Assembly (NCBI RefSeq): GCF_009914755.1
Contig: NC_060943.1
Direction: 5' to 3' (one strand)
DNA: 64,000 bases
From: the human T2T-CHM13v2.0 reference genome, Homo sapiens
The notes beneath the pieces were generated by a model. The model did not search any database. It was not told the origin of the DNA and worked only from the letters and a program-made list of their open reading frames with translations. Shown here one piece after another: positions 1 through 17,860 of the stretch; the first letter of the stretch is position 1; each line of letters begins with the position of its first letter. The position numbers were made by a program, and so were the translations under genes.

Positions 1-206
1 AGGAACGTAGGACCAAATATGGAGCCAGCACCTGGATCCAGCCGCACCTGAAGCCAGTTTTAGTTTCATGCATCAATAGAGCCTATTTTTTTTTTCCCCT
101 TAAACCTGTTTGAGTTGTTTTCTGTTACAATAGTAGAATCGTGACTGGCAGGGTATCCTCCCTGCCCACCCCCAACCCTGGATAGGACATCAACTCTTCA
201 CAGTAC

Positions 207-236
207 CTGCTGCACTTCACCACTGTCCTGGTTTGC
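207..236 (-). CDS. SARS2: SARS2 coding exon 3 (30-nt microexon, ANQDSGEVQQ)
   Basis: Minus strand reads ccag|GCA AAC CAG GAC AGT GGT GAA GTG CAG CAG|gtactg. Canonical AG/GT, phase 0-0, continues the mitochondrial seryl-tRNA synthetase sequence after exon 2. Confidence 0.92.
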
Positions 237-552
237 CTGGTAGAAAAGAGACAGGGTGGGTGATTAGGTTGACAAAGTCGAGGGTGGGGAAGAGAAAAAA
301 TGGTGAAAGGTCAAACAAGGCCAGAGGATCTTAGTCTCCTGCTCTGTCAGTGCCTAGCTGGGTCCCTCTGCAACTCTGTGTTTCTGTTTCTCTATTGCTA
401 ACGCTACAAGGAGGCAAGATAATTAACAGTAATCACAGCCGCAGATCCGTATAGGAAGTGATGCCTCCATGCCAGGCTCTATGTACAGGGTTCTCCCATG
501 CCATGATTTCTTCAAAATCCACTTTAGGAGGTAGGCATTCGTGTAAACCCTG

Positions 553-2135
<1,583 letters not shown>

Positions 2136-2951
2136 CCCTGTCTGTAGATTCGAAAATGGAAGCTCGGAGAGGTAAAGTCTATCAGTGTGCATTTGAGGGC
2201 CTGCAACCAAGGCCCCTTGACATTCTGAACCTTCCATGATCCTAAGCAGCTGAGGGAATCGAACAGCCTGGGTCTGAATGTTGGGCACCTACATGCTGTG
2301 AGCCCTTGGGAAAATCTCTGCCCCCTCTGAGCCTCAGTATCCCCATCTGTGAAGTGGGATGATAACAGGACCTCCCTGGGCAGGGCTGTTGTGCAGCTTC
2401 CCTGAGATGAGTTAGCACTCAAAGAACATTAAATGATCCATTGTGTTGCTTTCATTGGTTGTCCATGATGTAGACAGCCCGAGGCTGGCCACTCAGTAGG
2501 TGCTGGGAGATGTGATTCTTGGTGGCAGAGGCCTCCAAACAGAGTGGTAAAAACCAACTGCCTAGGTGCGAACCTTGCCTCTCCCACTTCCTGGCTGTGA
2601 GACTTACGTACTTTTTCTGGTTGTTTTTTCTCGGAGACAGGGTCTCACTCTGTCGCCCAGGCTGCAGTGTGATGGTGCGATCATAGCTAACTGCAGCCTC
2701 AAACTCTTGGACTCAAGCGATCTTCCTGCCTCAGCCCCAGAGTAGCTGGGACTACAAGTGCGTACCCCCATACCCGGCCATTTAGGCCCGTTTTAATCTC
2801 TTAGGGCCTCACTTTTTCCCAGCTGTAAAATTGGGTTTGTATTGTTCCTGTGTGACAAATGGCTGTGAGGATTAAGAGTATGGAAAACACCTGGTATGGT
2901 GTGTAGCGACTTCTACATAAAGGTCTGCTGTTGTTTTTATGATTGTTTTTA

Positions 2952-3346
<395 letters not shown>

Positions 3347-3720
3347 TCACCCTTCCCTGGTAGCCTGTAGTTCAGGGGAAGTGGGCCCAGGTGGAGGATG
3401 GCCTCTGATCAGCCTATGCCGGCTGCCGGAACTCCATTCCTCCGGCTGACAACTGGAGTGTGGTGGGGGTCTGGGCCCAGGGGACACGAGGGGACTTTGC
3501 TGGATGCTTCAGGAAAGGTGTACTTGCTCCTGAAAAAGGAACTCAAGCCAGAGAAGTCTCTGTCTCCTTCCCCTGGCACAGTCATGTGAGGAGATGCTGG
3601 ACTACAGCAGCCATCTGGAAACCCTGATGGGAAACTGAGGAAAGATCAGTGCAGTGAAGTTGCCGGTACAGAGAGAAGGAAAGGACCTGGGCTGGGGATG
3701 CTGGAAGAACCGCTAATTAA

Positions 3721-4037
<317 letters not shown>

Positions 4038-4161
4038 TAGGCCTCCCGAGTAGCTGGGATTATAGGCGTGAGCCACCGTGCCAGCCTGTTCAAGTTCTTT
4101 AAATTCGGTTTCCTGTTACCTGTGTCTAGAGACACCCTCGTGGCCACTCCCCACCTACTCA

Positions 4162-4377
<216 letters not shown>

Positions 4378-4417
4378 CTACCTAGCCCTCAGTGGCCATC
4401 CTCCCCTCCTCCCTTCA

Positions 4418-4780
<363 letters not shown>

Positions 4781-5321
4781 CTAGCACTTTAAAAAATCAT
4801 GGCTGGGTGTGGCACTTTGGGAGGCCTAGGTGGGAGGACTGCTTGAGTGAGCCCAGGAGTTCCAGACCAGCCTGGGCAACACAGGAAGACCTGCCTCTAA
4901 GAAATTTTTTTTTTTTTTTTTTTTCTGAGACAGAGTCTCACTCTGTCACCCAGGCTGGAGTGTAGTGGCATGATCTTGGCTCACTACAACCTCTGCCTCC
5001 CAGGTTCAGGTGATTCTCCTGCCTTAGCTTCCTGAGTAGCTGGGACCACAGGTACGTGCCACTGCACCTGGCTAAGTTTTGTATTTTTTAATAGAGGCAG
5101 GGTTTCACCATGTTGGCCAGGCTGGTCTGGAATTCCCGGCCTCACGCAATCTGCCTGCCTTGGCCTCCCAAAGTGCTGGGATTGCAGGTGTGAGCCACAG
5201 CACCCGGTCTCTACAAAAAAACTTTAAAAAAATTAGCTGGGTGACAGATTGACACCTTGTCTCAAAAACAAAAAAAATTGTTACAATGTACATAATATGG
5301 GAGGCTGAGGCAGGTGGATCA

Positions 5322-5618
<297 letters not shown>

Positions 5619-5743
5619 TTATACACATTCCCAACAGCAATGCACAACGATTCCGACGTTTCCACAACACAATTCTTGCCAACACTTGTCCTTTTCTGTT
5701 TTGTTTTTAATAATAGCTACTTGAGGCTGGGTGTGGTGGCTCA

Positions 5744-6084
<341 letters not shown>

Positions 6085-7232
6085 TCATGCCTGTAATCCC
6101 AGCACTTTGGGAGGCCGTGGCCAGTGGATCATTTGAAGTTAGGAGTTCGAGACCAGCCTGGCCAACATGGCAAAATCCATCTCTACTAAAAATACAAAAA
6201 TTAGTTGGGTGTGGTGGTGCACAACTATAACCCTAGCTACTTGGGAGACTGAGGCACGACGATCACTTGAATCAAGGAGGCGGAGGTTGCAGTGACCGGA
6301 GATTGTGCGACTGCACTCAGGCCTGGGCGACAGAGGAAGACTCAGTCTTAAAAAACAAACGAACAAACAACAAAAACACACCCCTGGCCTCCCCCCCGCA
6401 AAAAAAAAAACAACAACTAGCACTTTACAAATGAAAGAGAATATAATTAAAGAACAAGAATGCATCACACGTGGTAAGAGCAATAATTGTTAATGAAACC
6501 GGTTTCAATTTTGGGTGTGTGTACTGGGTCAGGATGTGAAATGTATTTCTTACTCTTGGCCACAAAGTTTGAAAAAGCCTGCTAAAGGATGTGACGCTCT
6601 AAATTATCTACATGGCCATCAAATGGAATTTTCCATCCTACCTCCAGGCTTTTGTATATTCTGGTCCCCTACTTGGGATACTCTTCTTCCCTCTTCCCTG
6701 GTGATTTCTCAATCCACAGATCTTTGTTTAATGCCACCTCCTCTGAGAAGTCCTCCCAGGCTGTCCTCCACTTTGCCTTCACAGCATTTACCACAGATTA
6801 TAATGAGTATATCTGTCTCTATGAATTTGATTACTCTAGGTAGTCAAATTTACCAGAAATTGTAATTAGTATATATGTATAGTTGTATATGTTAAATGTC
6901 TTTTAGTGGGGCATGGTGGCTCACATCTGTACTCCTAGCACTTTGGGAGGCCAAGGTGGGTGGATCACTTGAGGTCAAGAGTTCGAGACCAGCCTGGCCA
7001 ACATGGTGAAACCCCGTCTCTACTAAAAATACAAAAATTATGCAGATGTGGTGGCATGTGCCTGTAATCCCAGCTACTCGGGAGGCTGAGGTGGGAGAAT
7101 CACTTCAACCTGGGAGGCAGAAGTCGCAGCGCACTCCAGCCTGGGAGACAAGAGCAAAACTCCATCTCAAAAAAAAAATGTCTTTTACTAGACTGTGAAC
7201 TCAGATCATGAGAGGGCACAGCAGGGTACTTA

Positions 7233-7376
<144 letters not shown>

Positions 7377-8084
7377 TTAGCCGGGCGTGGTGGTGTCTGC
7401 CTGTAGTCCCAGCTACACGGGAGGCTGAGTGGGAGGATTATTTGAGCTCAGGAATTCAAGGTTCCAGTGAGCTATAATTGTACCACTGTACTCCATCCTG
7501 CCATCCTGGGCGACAGAACAACATCCTATCTCAAAAAAAAAAAAAAAAAAGTGGATTCTAGGCCAGAAAGCACAGGTTAAAATTCCCACTCTGCCACTTC
7601 CCAGTTGCATGACCTAGCGCAAGTGAATTAGCTTCTCGAAGCCTTAGTTTCCCCTCTGATAAAATGGGAGAAATAATGGCACCTACTTCATAGAGTTGCT
7701 GTGAAAATTAAACGAGGTTAAAGTGAATAAAGCACTTCAAACAGGCTGGGAGGGGAGTCCAAGAGAGGAATGGGAAGACGTGGGGACCCCACTATCGTTA
7801 GCACCTCAACACAGAGATATTGTGAACCCGGTCCTAATTCCCTTTTATAAGTGCTAGCAATTTTATTATTATTCACCGCATATTTGCAACATCTAGAACA
7901 CCGGAATATAGCAGTTGCACCTTAAGTATCAGTTTAATAGAACCATTCATTAATGGATTCATTCATTCATTCATTAACTCTATTTAACTGCCTGCTATGT
8001 GTGGCGGAGGTGCACAACTCTCCCTACCTCTCTCTCTAAACGCAAGAGCTCCACCACACCCCAGCCCTGACCCCGTCCGATTCA

Positions 8085-8915
<831 letters not shown>

Positions 8916-9263
8916 GGCTAGAAGCTGGATTCAGCGTGTCCGCGACCTCACCTTTAGGTCCTGTGAGGTCGGTGGAATCCTGGGGTCCTCCAAATCTACC
9001 AGGCCATCTCCCCAGTTTCCCAGTTCTTCCTGCGTGCGGGCGAGAGTGGTTGGGCCCTCGGGAACCCACTCAGAGCGAGGCTAAATTTACGGAGGGACTT
9101 TCTGTTAGCAGCATGAGGGCCTGTGGTTAGACCTATAGAGGTATTTCCTTTGATTTAAGCCAGAAAGTCCTGAGAGCGGATCGGGGAGCATTTGCGGATC
9201 GGTCACTTTTTCCTCCTTTCTGAGTCTCTTATCCCCTACCACAGGGACGGCCCAGGTGGCAGG

Positions 9264-9312
9264 ATGTCCTGGTCTGGCCTTCTCCATGGCCTCAACACGT
9301 CCCTAACTTGTG
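9264..9312 (+). CDS. MRPS12: MRPS12 first coding exon (MSWSGLLHGLNTSLTCG)
   Basis: Acceptor cacag|G at 9244/9245, ATG at 9264, donor TGT G|gtaagt (phase 1). Confidence 0.94.
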
Positions 9313-9535
9313 GTAAGTGGGGGACTTGGGCTTCAGGGACGAGGCTAGAGGGGGAGGGTTATTCGCTCTTGGACTTGTGTGCCTCCGTCGGAGCCCCGAG
9401 GGAAACGGGGGTGGAAAAACACGGTGGGGTTTTGGCAGAGCTAGGGCTGCTAGAGCAAGAGGTGGGAAGCAGCTGCATGGAGGGCTACTGCGTGTCAAGC
9501 GGCGTTTGGGTCAGTTTTATTATTTATTTATTTAA

Positions 9536-9682
<147 letters not shown>

Positions 9683-9939
9683 TGATTCTTTGTAGAGAGG
9701 GAGGTCTCCCTGTGTCGCCCAGTCTGGCCTTAACTCCTGAGCTCAAGTGACCCTCCACAGCCTCCAAAAGTGCTAGGATTACATGCATGAGCCACTGAGC
9801 CTACTATTATTTTAAACAGCATTAAAAATAATGCTTCCTGGCCAGCCGTGGTGGCTCACGCCTGTAATCCCAGCACTTTGAGAGGCCGAGGTCAGGAGTT
9901 CGAGACCAGCCTGACCAACATGGTGAAACCCCGTCTCTA

Positions 9940-10158
<219 letters not shown>

Positions 10159-10243
10159 TTACTTTTGTCTGTAGATAACATTAGATGTGAACAAATGCAT
10201 CTTTGTAAAGTGCTTTAAACAATGCCTAAAACACCAAAATTGA

Positions 10244-10669
<426 letters not shown>

Positions 10670-10958
10670 CGGCTGGGGGCACAGTGGGCTGGGCGCCCCT
10701 GCAGAACATGAACCTTCCGCTCCTGGCTGCCACAGGGTCCTCCGATGCTGGCCTTTGCGCCTCTAGAGGCAGCCACTCATGGATTCAAGTCCTGGCTCCG
10801 CCTCTTCCATCAGGACCACTATTAAGCCATAGGAGTCCTGGGGGTGCAAAGGGTGCCCCTCTGTCAACACCCTTGGCTCCTGTGTTTAGAGGGGTGGCCT
10901 GAAGGACCTTTTCTGCTGGGACAAGACACTGTACTGCCCTCTGCTGGGAAGGGGTTTT

Positions 10959-10964
10959 AATAAA
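10959..10964 (+). terminator. MRPS12: MRPS12 polyadenylation signal
   Basis: AATAAA about 290 nt after the stop, followed by TG-rich sequence. Confidence 0.8.
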
Positions 10965-11102
10965 CAGACCCTGGCGCTTGTGATGTAAATCCCCTTGTGG
11001 AGTATTTGCCCTCTGTGTGGCTGTGGCAGTGGACATCTCTGAGCTTCAGTTTCCTCCAGAAAATAGCTCCATTGGTGGTATCTCCTTTGTTTGGTTTGGT
11101 GA

Positions 11103-11459
<357 letters not shown>

Positions 11460-11656
11460 TAAGCTTAGGAGTCAGGTAGGTGGCACAGAGGCCCAGGTCT
11501 TCTTCCTGCAGGCCATGGGTTCTGGGCACATAAACTCTGCCCTCAAGCATGGACAGCTGGAAAATGGCAGTAATTGTAATGTTGATGTGGAAGGGGTGTG
11601 GAAAGGATTCAATGGGGTGTGCTGCTCCACACCCGGGAGCTGTTCTTTTATTTTAT

Positions 11657-11658
<2 letters not shown>

Positions 11659-11691
<33 letters not shown>

Positions 11692-11704
11692 TGTGTGTTT
11701 GTGT
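11659..11704. repeat. (GT)n microsatellite at an Alu tail
   Basis: About 15 perfect GT units plus an imperfect extension. Confidence 0.95.
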
Positions 11705-12807
11705 AGAGAGAGAGACAGAGTCTCACTGTGTTGTCCAGGCTGGAGTGCGGTTCTATGATCAAAGCTTACTTCAGCCTTGACCTCCTGAGCTCAATAGATC
11801 CTCCCGCCTCAGCCTCCTGAGTAGTCAGGACCACAGGTGTGTGCCACCACACCTGGCTAACTTTTCCATTTTTTTAGAGTGGGAATCTGGCTTTGTTGTC
11901 CAGGCTGGTCTCGAACTCTTGGCCTCAAGAGATCCTTCCACCTTGGCCTCCTAAAATGCTGGATTATAGGTGTGAGCCACCATTATATTATATAATAATA
12001 TAAAATTATTACTGGGTTCACCTGAGCTCAAATTCTGCTCCCCGTCATAATTGCTATGAGACCTGGCTATGTTGGTTCCCTCTATGGGCCTCGGTTTCCT
12101 CCCTTGGAAAATGGCACTGATGATAATGCTGACTGCACCTGATCATGTTTTTGGCCATGTAAGATTTAAGAAGTGGGGCCAGGTGCAGTGGCTCATGCCT
12201 GTAATCTCAACACTTTGGGAGGCCGAGGTGGGCCGACCACTTGAGGTCAGGAGTTTGAGACCAGCCTGGCCAACATGGTGAAACCCTGTCTCTACTAAAA
12301 ATACAAAAATTACCCGGGCATGGTGGCATGTGCCTATAATCTCAGCTACTCAGGAGGCTGAGGCAGGAGACTCGCTTGAACCTGGGAGGTGGAGGTTGCA
12401 GTGAGCTGAGATCAGCACCACTGCACTGCAGCCTGGGTGACAGAGTGAGACTCTGTCTCAAAAAAAGAAAAAAGAAAAAACAATGTTGGAACTGTGTTTA
12501 TATCATTGGGCTCTGGAGCCCAGCACTGCTCCAAGCCCTGCCTCCCCTACTTACTGGCTGGGTGACCTTGGGCAGGTTGTTTACACTCTGAGCCTGGACC
12601 AAATGGCGCTGATAAGGGTGCATGCTTGAGAGCTGTTTGGAGCATCATAGCTGTCTCCGAGTTCCTCTTGACGCTCAACACACAGCCTCCTGAGGGTCTC
12701 CTGATTGTAAACATGAGGCCACAAGGTCTTTTAGGATCAGAGCTGGTGGCAGATAAGTGCACTGATTACAGATAAAAATTGCCCATCCCCTCATATTTGG
12801 CACCAGT

Positions 12808-12813
12808 TTTATT
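12808..12813 (-). terminator. Candidate ancestral/distal FBXO17 poly(A) signal
   Basis: Minus-strand AATAAA in apparently unique sequence about 320 bp beyond the provirus, with a U-rich TTTTTATCTGT element downstream. Confidence 0.5.
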
Positions 12814-13131
12814 GAGCTAGTTTGTTGGCCATGCCTAGCTGAGAAATAGAGAAGTGGAGGGAGATGGGGGGATGGGAGAGCTTTTCCTCATGGCACACTC
12901 TGCTCCAGGAGTCTGTATACAGGAGTGTGGAGAAAAGGAAGTGTTACCTTGCAGGAAGTTGCCCCCAAAGCAAGGGCAGGAGGTGGGGGTGGGGGACTTG
13001 GCCTCTGAGGGAATTCTGGAATTCTGATGAGAGAGGTGCTAGCCTGACCTGAACAGGAGATGCTGACAGGCAGTGCTGGGCATGTTGCACAGAGATGGCT
13101 GGTTACACAGCCCCGTGGCAGGATCCCAGAG

Positions 13132-13641
13132 TGCCGAGACCAGCTGGGTCGTGGAGACCCTAACCCAGTGGTGCTAGAGGAATTAAAGACACACACCCAG
13201 AAATACAGGGTGTGGAGTGGGAAATCAGGGGTCTCACAGCCTTCAGAGCTGAGAGCCTCGAACAGAGATTTACACACATATTTATTGACAGCAAGCCAGT
13301 GATAAGCATTATTTCTATAGATTATAGATTAACTAAAAGCATTTCTTATGGGAAATAAAGGGATGTGCCAAAATAAACGGATGGGCTCTGGCTAGTTATC
13401 TGCAGCAGGAACATGTCCTTAAGGCACAGATCGCTCATGCTATTGTTTGTGGTACAGGAACCCCTTTAAGCCGTTTTCCATCCTGGGTGAGCCAGGTGTT
13501 CCTTGCCCTCATTCCAGTAAACCCACGACCTTCAGGGTGGGGGTCATGGCCATCATGAACATGTCACAGTGCTGCAGAGATTTTGTTTATGGCCAGTTTT
13601 GGGGCCAGTTTATGGCCAGATTCAGGGGCCTGTTCCCAACA
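13132..13641 (-). mobile_element. 3' LTR (MER9a-type)
   Basis: Minus strand TGTTGGGAACAGGCCCC...GTCTCGGCA. AATAAA at 13281-13286; preceded by PPT-like AAAAAAGGGGACA. Confidence 0.93.
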
Positions 13642-13679
13642 TGTCCCCTTTTTTGTTTTGCAAAGTGATAAAAGCAAAG

Positions 13680-14771
13680 GCAGCTTTGTCACGGTGAGCT
13701 ACTTCTCACAGGAGTCAGGATCCGCATCTGCACACTATACAAAGACAAACAACACAGAGTAAAAGCACAATCATCATTGAAATCACAGAGCCTCCAAGTG
13801 TTTTTATCCATTTGAATGGGTTACTAGCTGCTAATCTGTCTGCAGCTCCTTCAAGCACTCCAGTTCCTGGCATTAAGTTCACGTGTGCCTGGGATACTTT
13901 AAATATTTGTTCTTTCAATTTTGCAATATCCAAATACAAGTTTGTAGAGTGGCCTTCTAGATGCTTTTTTATTCTTTCCCAAATTTTGATTTTATTAAGA
14001 GCTATTAACAGTTTCCACAAATGCTTATGTTTAGCTCCTAGAGCAGGCCATATCATTTGAGGCTGAGGTGCCACTATACTGCCATGGTTCCAGATAATAG
14101 GAACTCTTGCTGTATTTCTTACCATTTCTATCATCTGACCATTTTGTTCAGATGAGCTGATCACAGTGTGGCCATGGCATGCAGACTGAGAGGTGCAGTT
14201 CAAGCTAAACATCCCCATAGGTGACCAATTAATAATGATTCCATAGGAATTGTTGTGCAGCACCTCTGCCTGTTCTGCAAAGCAATCTTCCTAAACAAGT
14301 ACGTTCATTTTTGCTAACTGGGTCCAATCCTGTTTACAAATATGTTTTTGAGGGCAGTATGCCTCAATTATAGGAGCAGATTTATTATGAGATCAGAAAG
14401 CTTGTATAACTGTGTCATAGAGTGATTACATCCAGGCATTATTGCCAGCCAAGATTGATAAATATGCCCAATAAGTATAATTGTCCTCTGTGTCAGCCCT
14501 TATTGAAGGAATACTCATGGCAGTGGTGATCATCGCTATCATAGCTACCATTAAATTACTCATTGCGACTGGTTGTCCCACTTTCCTCAGGTTTTCTTCC
14601 ACCATCTGTGACAGCTTCTTGATCTGTCTCCAGGTGGGTGGCTGTGTTTGACAGGTGTTGCTCGTGACAGTTGGGGTCTTCCTCAGCGTCAGTCTCGACA
14701 TGGCTGCAACCGGGGGTTGGGGGGGGGTCCTCAGTTTCCTCCCGGAATCTCTTCCTCAGCATCTGGCTCAT
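13680..14771 (-). pseudogene. HML-3 env remnant (signal peptide, partial SU, C-terminal TM)
   Basis: PPTWRQIKKL and NYTYWAY (signal peptide/SU start), NNSYGIIINWSP, LDIAKLKEQIF and a membrane anchor ending CIVCRC. Large deletions, stop codons and a frameshift. Confidence 0.88.
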
Positions 14772-16950
14772 GATAAGGTTTCAGGTGTCTTGATGGTATC
14801 CAAATCGGCTGTTGAGTCAGTCCTGGAGAAACACAAGCATAACCTCTACCCCAAGTTATTATTTTACCTATTTCCTAACTTTTTGTTATTGGATCTCTCC
14901 ACCAAACTAGTTGTTCTGCTTCTGTCTTTGCAGCTGGTTTCTGTAGATGCTGTTCAGCTACTGATAGGATCTGGCCTTTAGGCAGGCTCAAAAAATTTAA
15001 AGTTAACAATGCTAGATTCAGTTGCATATGGGGTGTCCCGTAGTCCTTGTTTTCCCCCCTTTTTTTTGCTTTTGCAACTGCTGTTTCAGGGAGAGATTCA
15101 TTCTTTCCACTATGGCTTGTCCTTGAGAATTATATGGGATACCAGTAATGTGTTTAATATTCCGTATAGAGAAAAATGTAGCTAGAGCTCGGCTAGTGTA
15201 GCCTGGGGCTTTATCTGTTTTAATAGAAGCTGGAATGCCCATCACTGCAAAACACTGCAAAAGGTGACGCCTGGAAGAGGTGTATGAGCCCTAATGTGAG
15301 TGATGTAAAAAGGGTGCATTCTACTCCTAACTGCTGTTTGCAGTTGGGTAAATAAAATCATCAGTTGTTCATCTGCAGGAAATTGTAACTGAGCATTTTC
15401 AGTTAATTGTGTGGAATGAATCACGTATGAAGAATCAGAAATCACATTAATAGGCATATGAAAAGCAGTCACTACCTCAATTACAGCTACAGGCTCCACT
15501 TTTTGAGCTGAAGTATAGGGCATCTGAAAAACTTTACTTTTTGAGCCAGAATAAGAAGCTTTACCATTACTAGACCCATCTGTAAAAACATTTTCAGCAC
15601 CTTCAATTGGTTTAAATTTAGTTATTTTAGGGAGAATCCAATTAGTTAATTTCAAAAATTAAAACAGTTTTGTTTAGGAAAATGGTTATCGAGAATACCC
15701 ACAAAGTCAGCTTAATTGGTTTGCCAAGTAAGACTATTTATAAAAGCTTGCTGTATTTGTGCCTTTGTGAGAGGGATAATAATTTTTCCAGGATCATATC
15801 CATGTAATTTAACAATCCGAGTTCTCCCATTTCCTATCATAGTAGCAATTTGATCCAAATAAGGAGTTAGAGTCCGTGAATTAGTATGTGGAAGAAAAAG
15901 CCACTCTACAAGATCTCACTCTTGAACAATAACACCAGTAGGTGAATGCTGAGTTGGAAAAATTAGCAAATCTAGAGTCTTCTCTGGATCTAATCTATTT
16001 ATTTGAGCTTTATGGACTTGCTTTTTGATTAGCCGCAGCTCTGCCTCAGCTTCTCTTGTTAATTACCGAGGGCTTGTGAGACCAGGATCTCCTCTAAGGA
16101 TAGAAAATAGATTACTCATGGCATAGGTAGGAATGCCTAGAGCAGGTCGTATCCAATTAATGTCCCCTAGTAATTTTTGAAAGTCCTTTAATGTTTTCAA
16201 TTGATTCCTATGTATGGTTGCTTTCTGTGGCACAATGGTAGTGTCATTTACTAAGGTCCCCAAGTAGGAGTAAGGAGTAGTAGTCTGAATTTTGTCAGGA
16301 GCTATAATTAAACCAGCGCAAGAAATCGAATTTTGTAAGTGATCATAACATTGGAATAATACTTCTCGAGTGGGGGCAGCACAAAGTATATCATCCATAT
16401 AATGAATAATGTAACACTGTGAAAACTTTTAACGAGTAGGTTCAATTGCTTGCCCTACATAAGTCTGGCAAATTGTTGGGCTGTTTAACATGCCTTGTGG
16501 CAATACTTTCCAGTGAAAACGCTTAGCAGGCTGCAGGTTGTTTACTGCAGGAATTGTAAATGCAAACTGTTCACAGTCTTGCTCAGCTAAGGGGATAGTA
16601 AAGAAACAGTCTTTTAAATCTATGACTATTAAAGGCCAATTTTTTGGAATCATAGCAGGAGAAGGCAATCCTGGCTGTAATGTACCCATGGGTTGTATAA
16701 CTGAATTAATGGCTCTTAAGTCAGTTAACATTCTCCGTTTATCTGATTCTTTTCTTAATTACGAAAACTGGAGAATTCCAAGGGGAAAATGTTGGAGCTA
16801 TGTGTCCGTTTTCTAATTATTCAGTAACTAATTCCTCTAAAGCCTTCAGTTTCTCTTTACTTAGCGGCCATTGTTCTATCCAAATTGGCTTATCTGTTAA
16901 CCATTTTAAAGGTATAGGTTCTGGAGGCTTAACAATGGCCGCCATCAAAA
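14700..16950 (-). pseudogene. HML-3 pol remnant (RT, RNase H, partial integrase)
   Basis: [34 protein letters not shown] (RNase H), [14 protein letters not shown] (IN). Broken by frameshifts, stops and a deletion near 15270. Confidence 0.92.
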
Positions 16951-17860
16951 ATAATATCCTAAACCTTGGCGGAAACTTGTATTTCTGCTTGAAGCGGTTC
17001 CTTCAAACCTTGTAAATTTTTTCCTAGTCCCATACTAGGGACATACCCCATTTCATGCATCATATGTTGACTTTGAGGGCTATATAATTGTTCTGGAATT
17101 AGAACTTGTGCTCCGCATTGTTGTAATAAATATCTTCCCCATAAATTTATAGGTACAGAAGTTTTGGTTGAATAGTCCCAGGTTGTCCATCAGGCCCTTC
17201 ACAATGCAAAATATAACTACTTTGATATACTTCAGGGGCTTTACCAACTCCAACTATGTTAAATTGAGCAGGTTGAATTGGCCATGTGGACGGCCATTGC
17301 TATAGAGAAATGAAATGTCCGCTCCTGTATCTACCAAACCTTTATATTTCTTTCCCTGAATAGTTATTTCACAGGTAGGACGTTTATCAGTAATTTGATT
17401 CACCCAATAAGCTGTTTTGCCTTGTTTATTTGTGCTTCCAAATCCTCCTGTTCGTTTAATTTCACTTTTTCCCATTCCCACATATGGCACATTCAGGAGC
17501 TGTGCTATGCGCTCTCCTGGCTCTGCTTTCCAGGGAACAGAAGTAGAAAAAACAATTTGAATTTCTCCATTGTAATCTGAATCAGTGACTCCTGTTTGTA
17601 CTTGTACCCCCTTTAAATTTAAACTACACCTCCCTAGAAGTAATCCTATTGTCCCCGCTGGCAAGGGTCCACAGACCCCTGTTGGAACTTTTTGCGGGGG
17701 TTCCTCAGGCAGAAGGCTCACAGCTTTTGTGCAGCATAAATCTACTGTGGCATTACTGGCTGTGGCAGGGGACAGACATTGTACAGGGGTGAAGGAGTGG
17801 CCTGAGGCGGAAATGCCCCTGGTTTCGAACGGGGCCCGGGATGGGCCCCTCATGGCATTT
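16945..17860 (-). pseudogene. HML-3 dUTPase-protease (pro) remnant
   Basis: dUTPase motifs (GR.SL, GVTDSDYNGEI, ERIAQL, RTGGFGST) followed by aspartyl protease LVDTGAD, then a frameshift. Confidence 0.9.
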
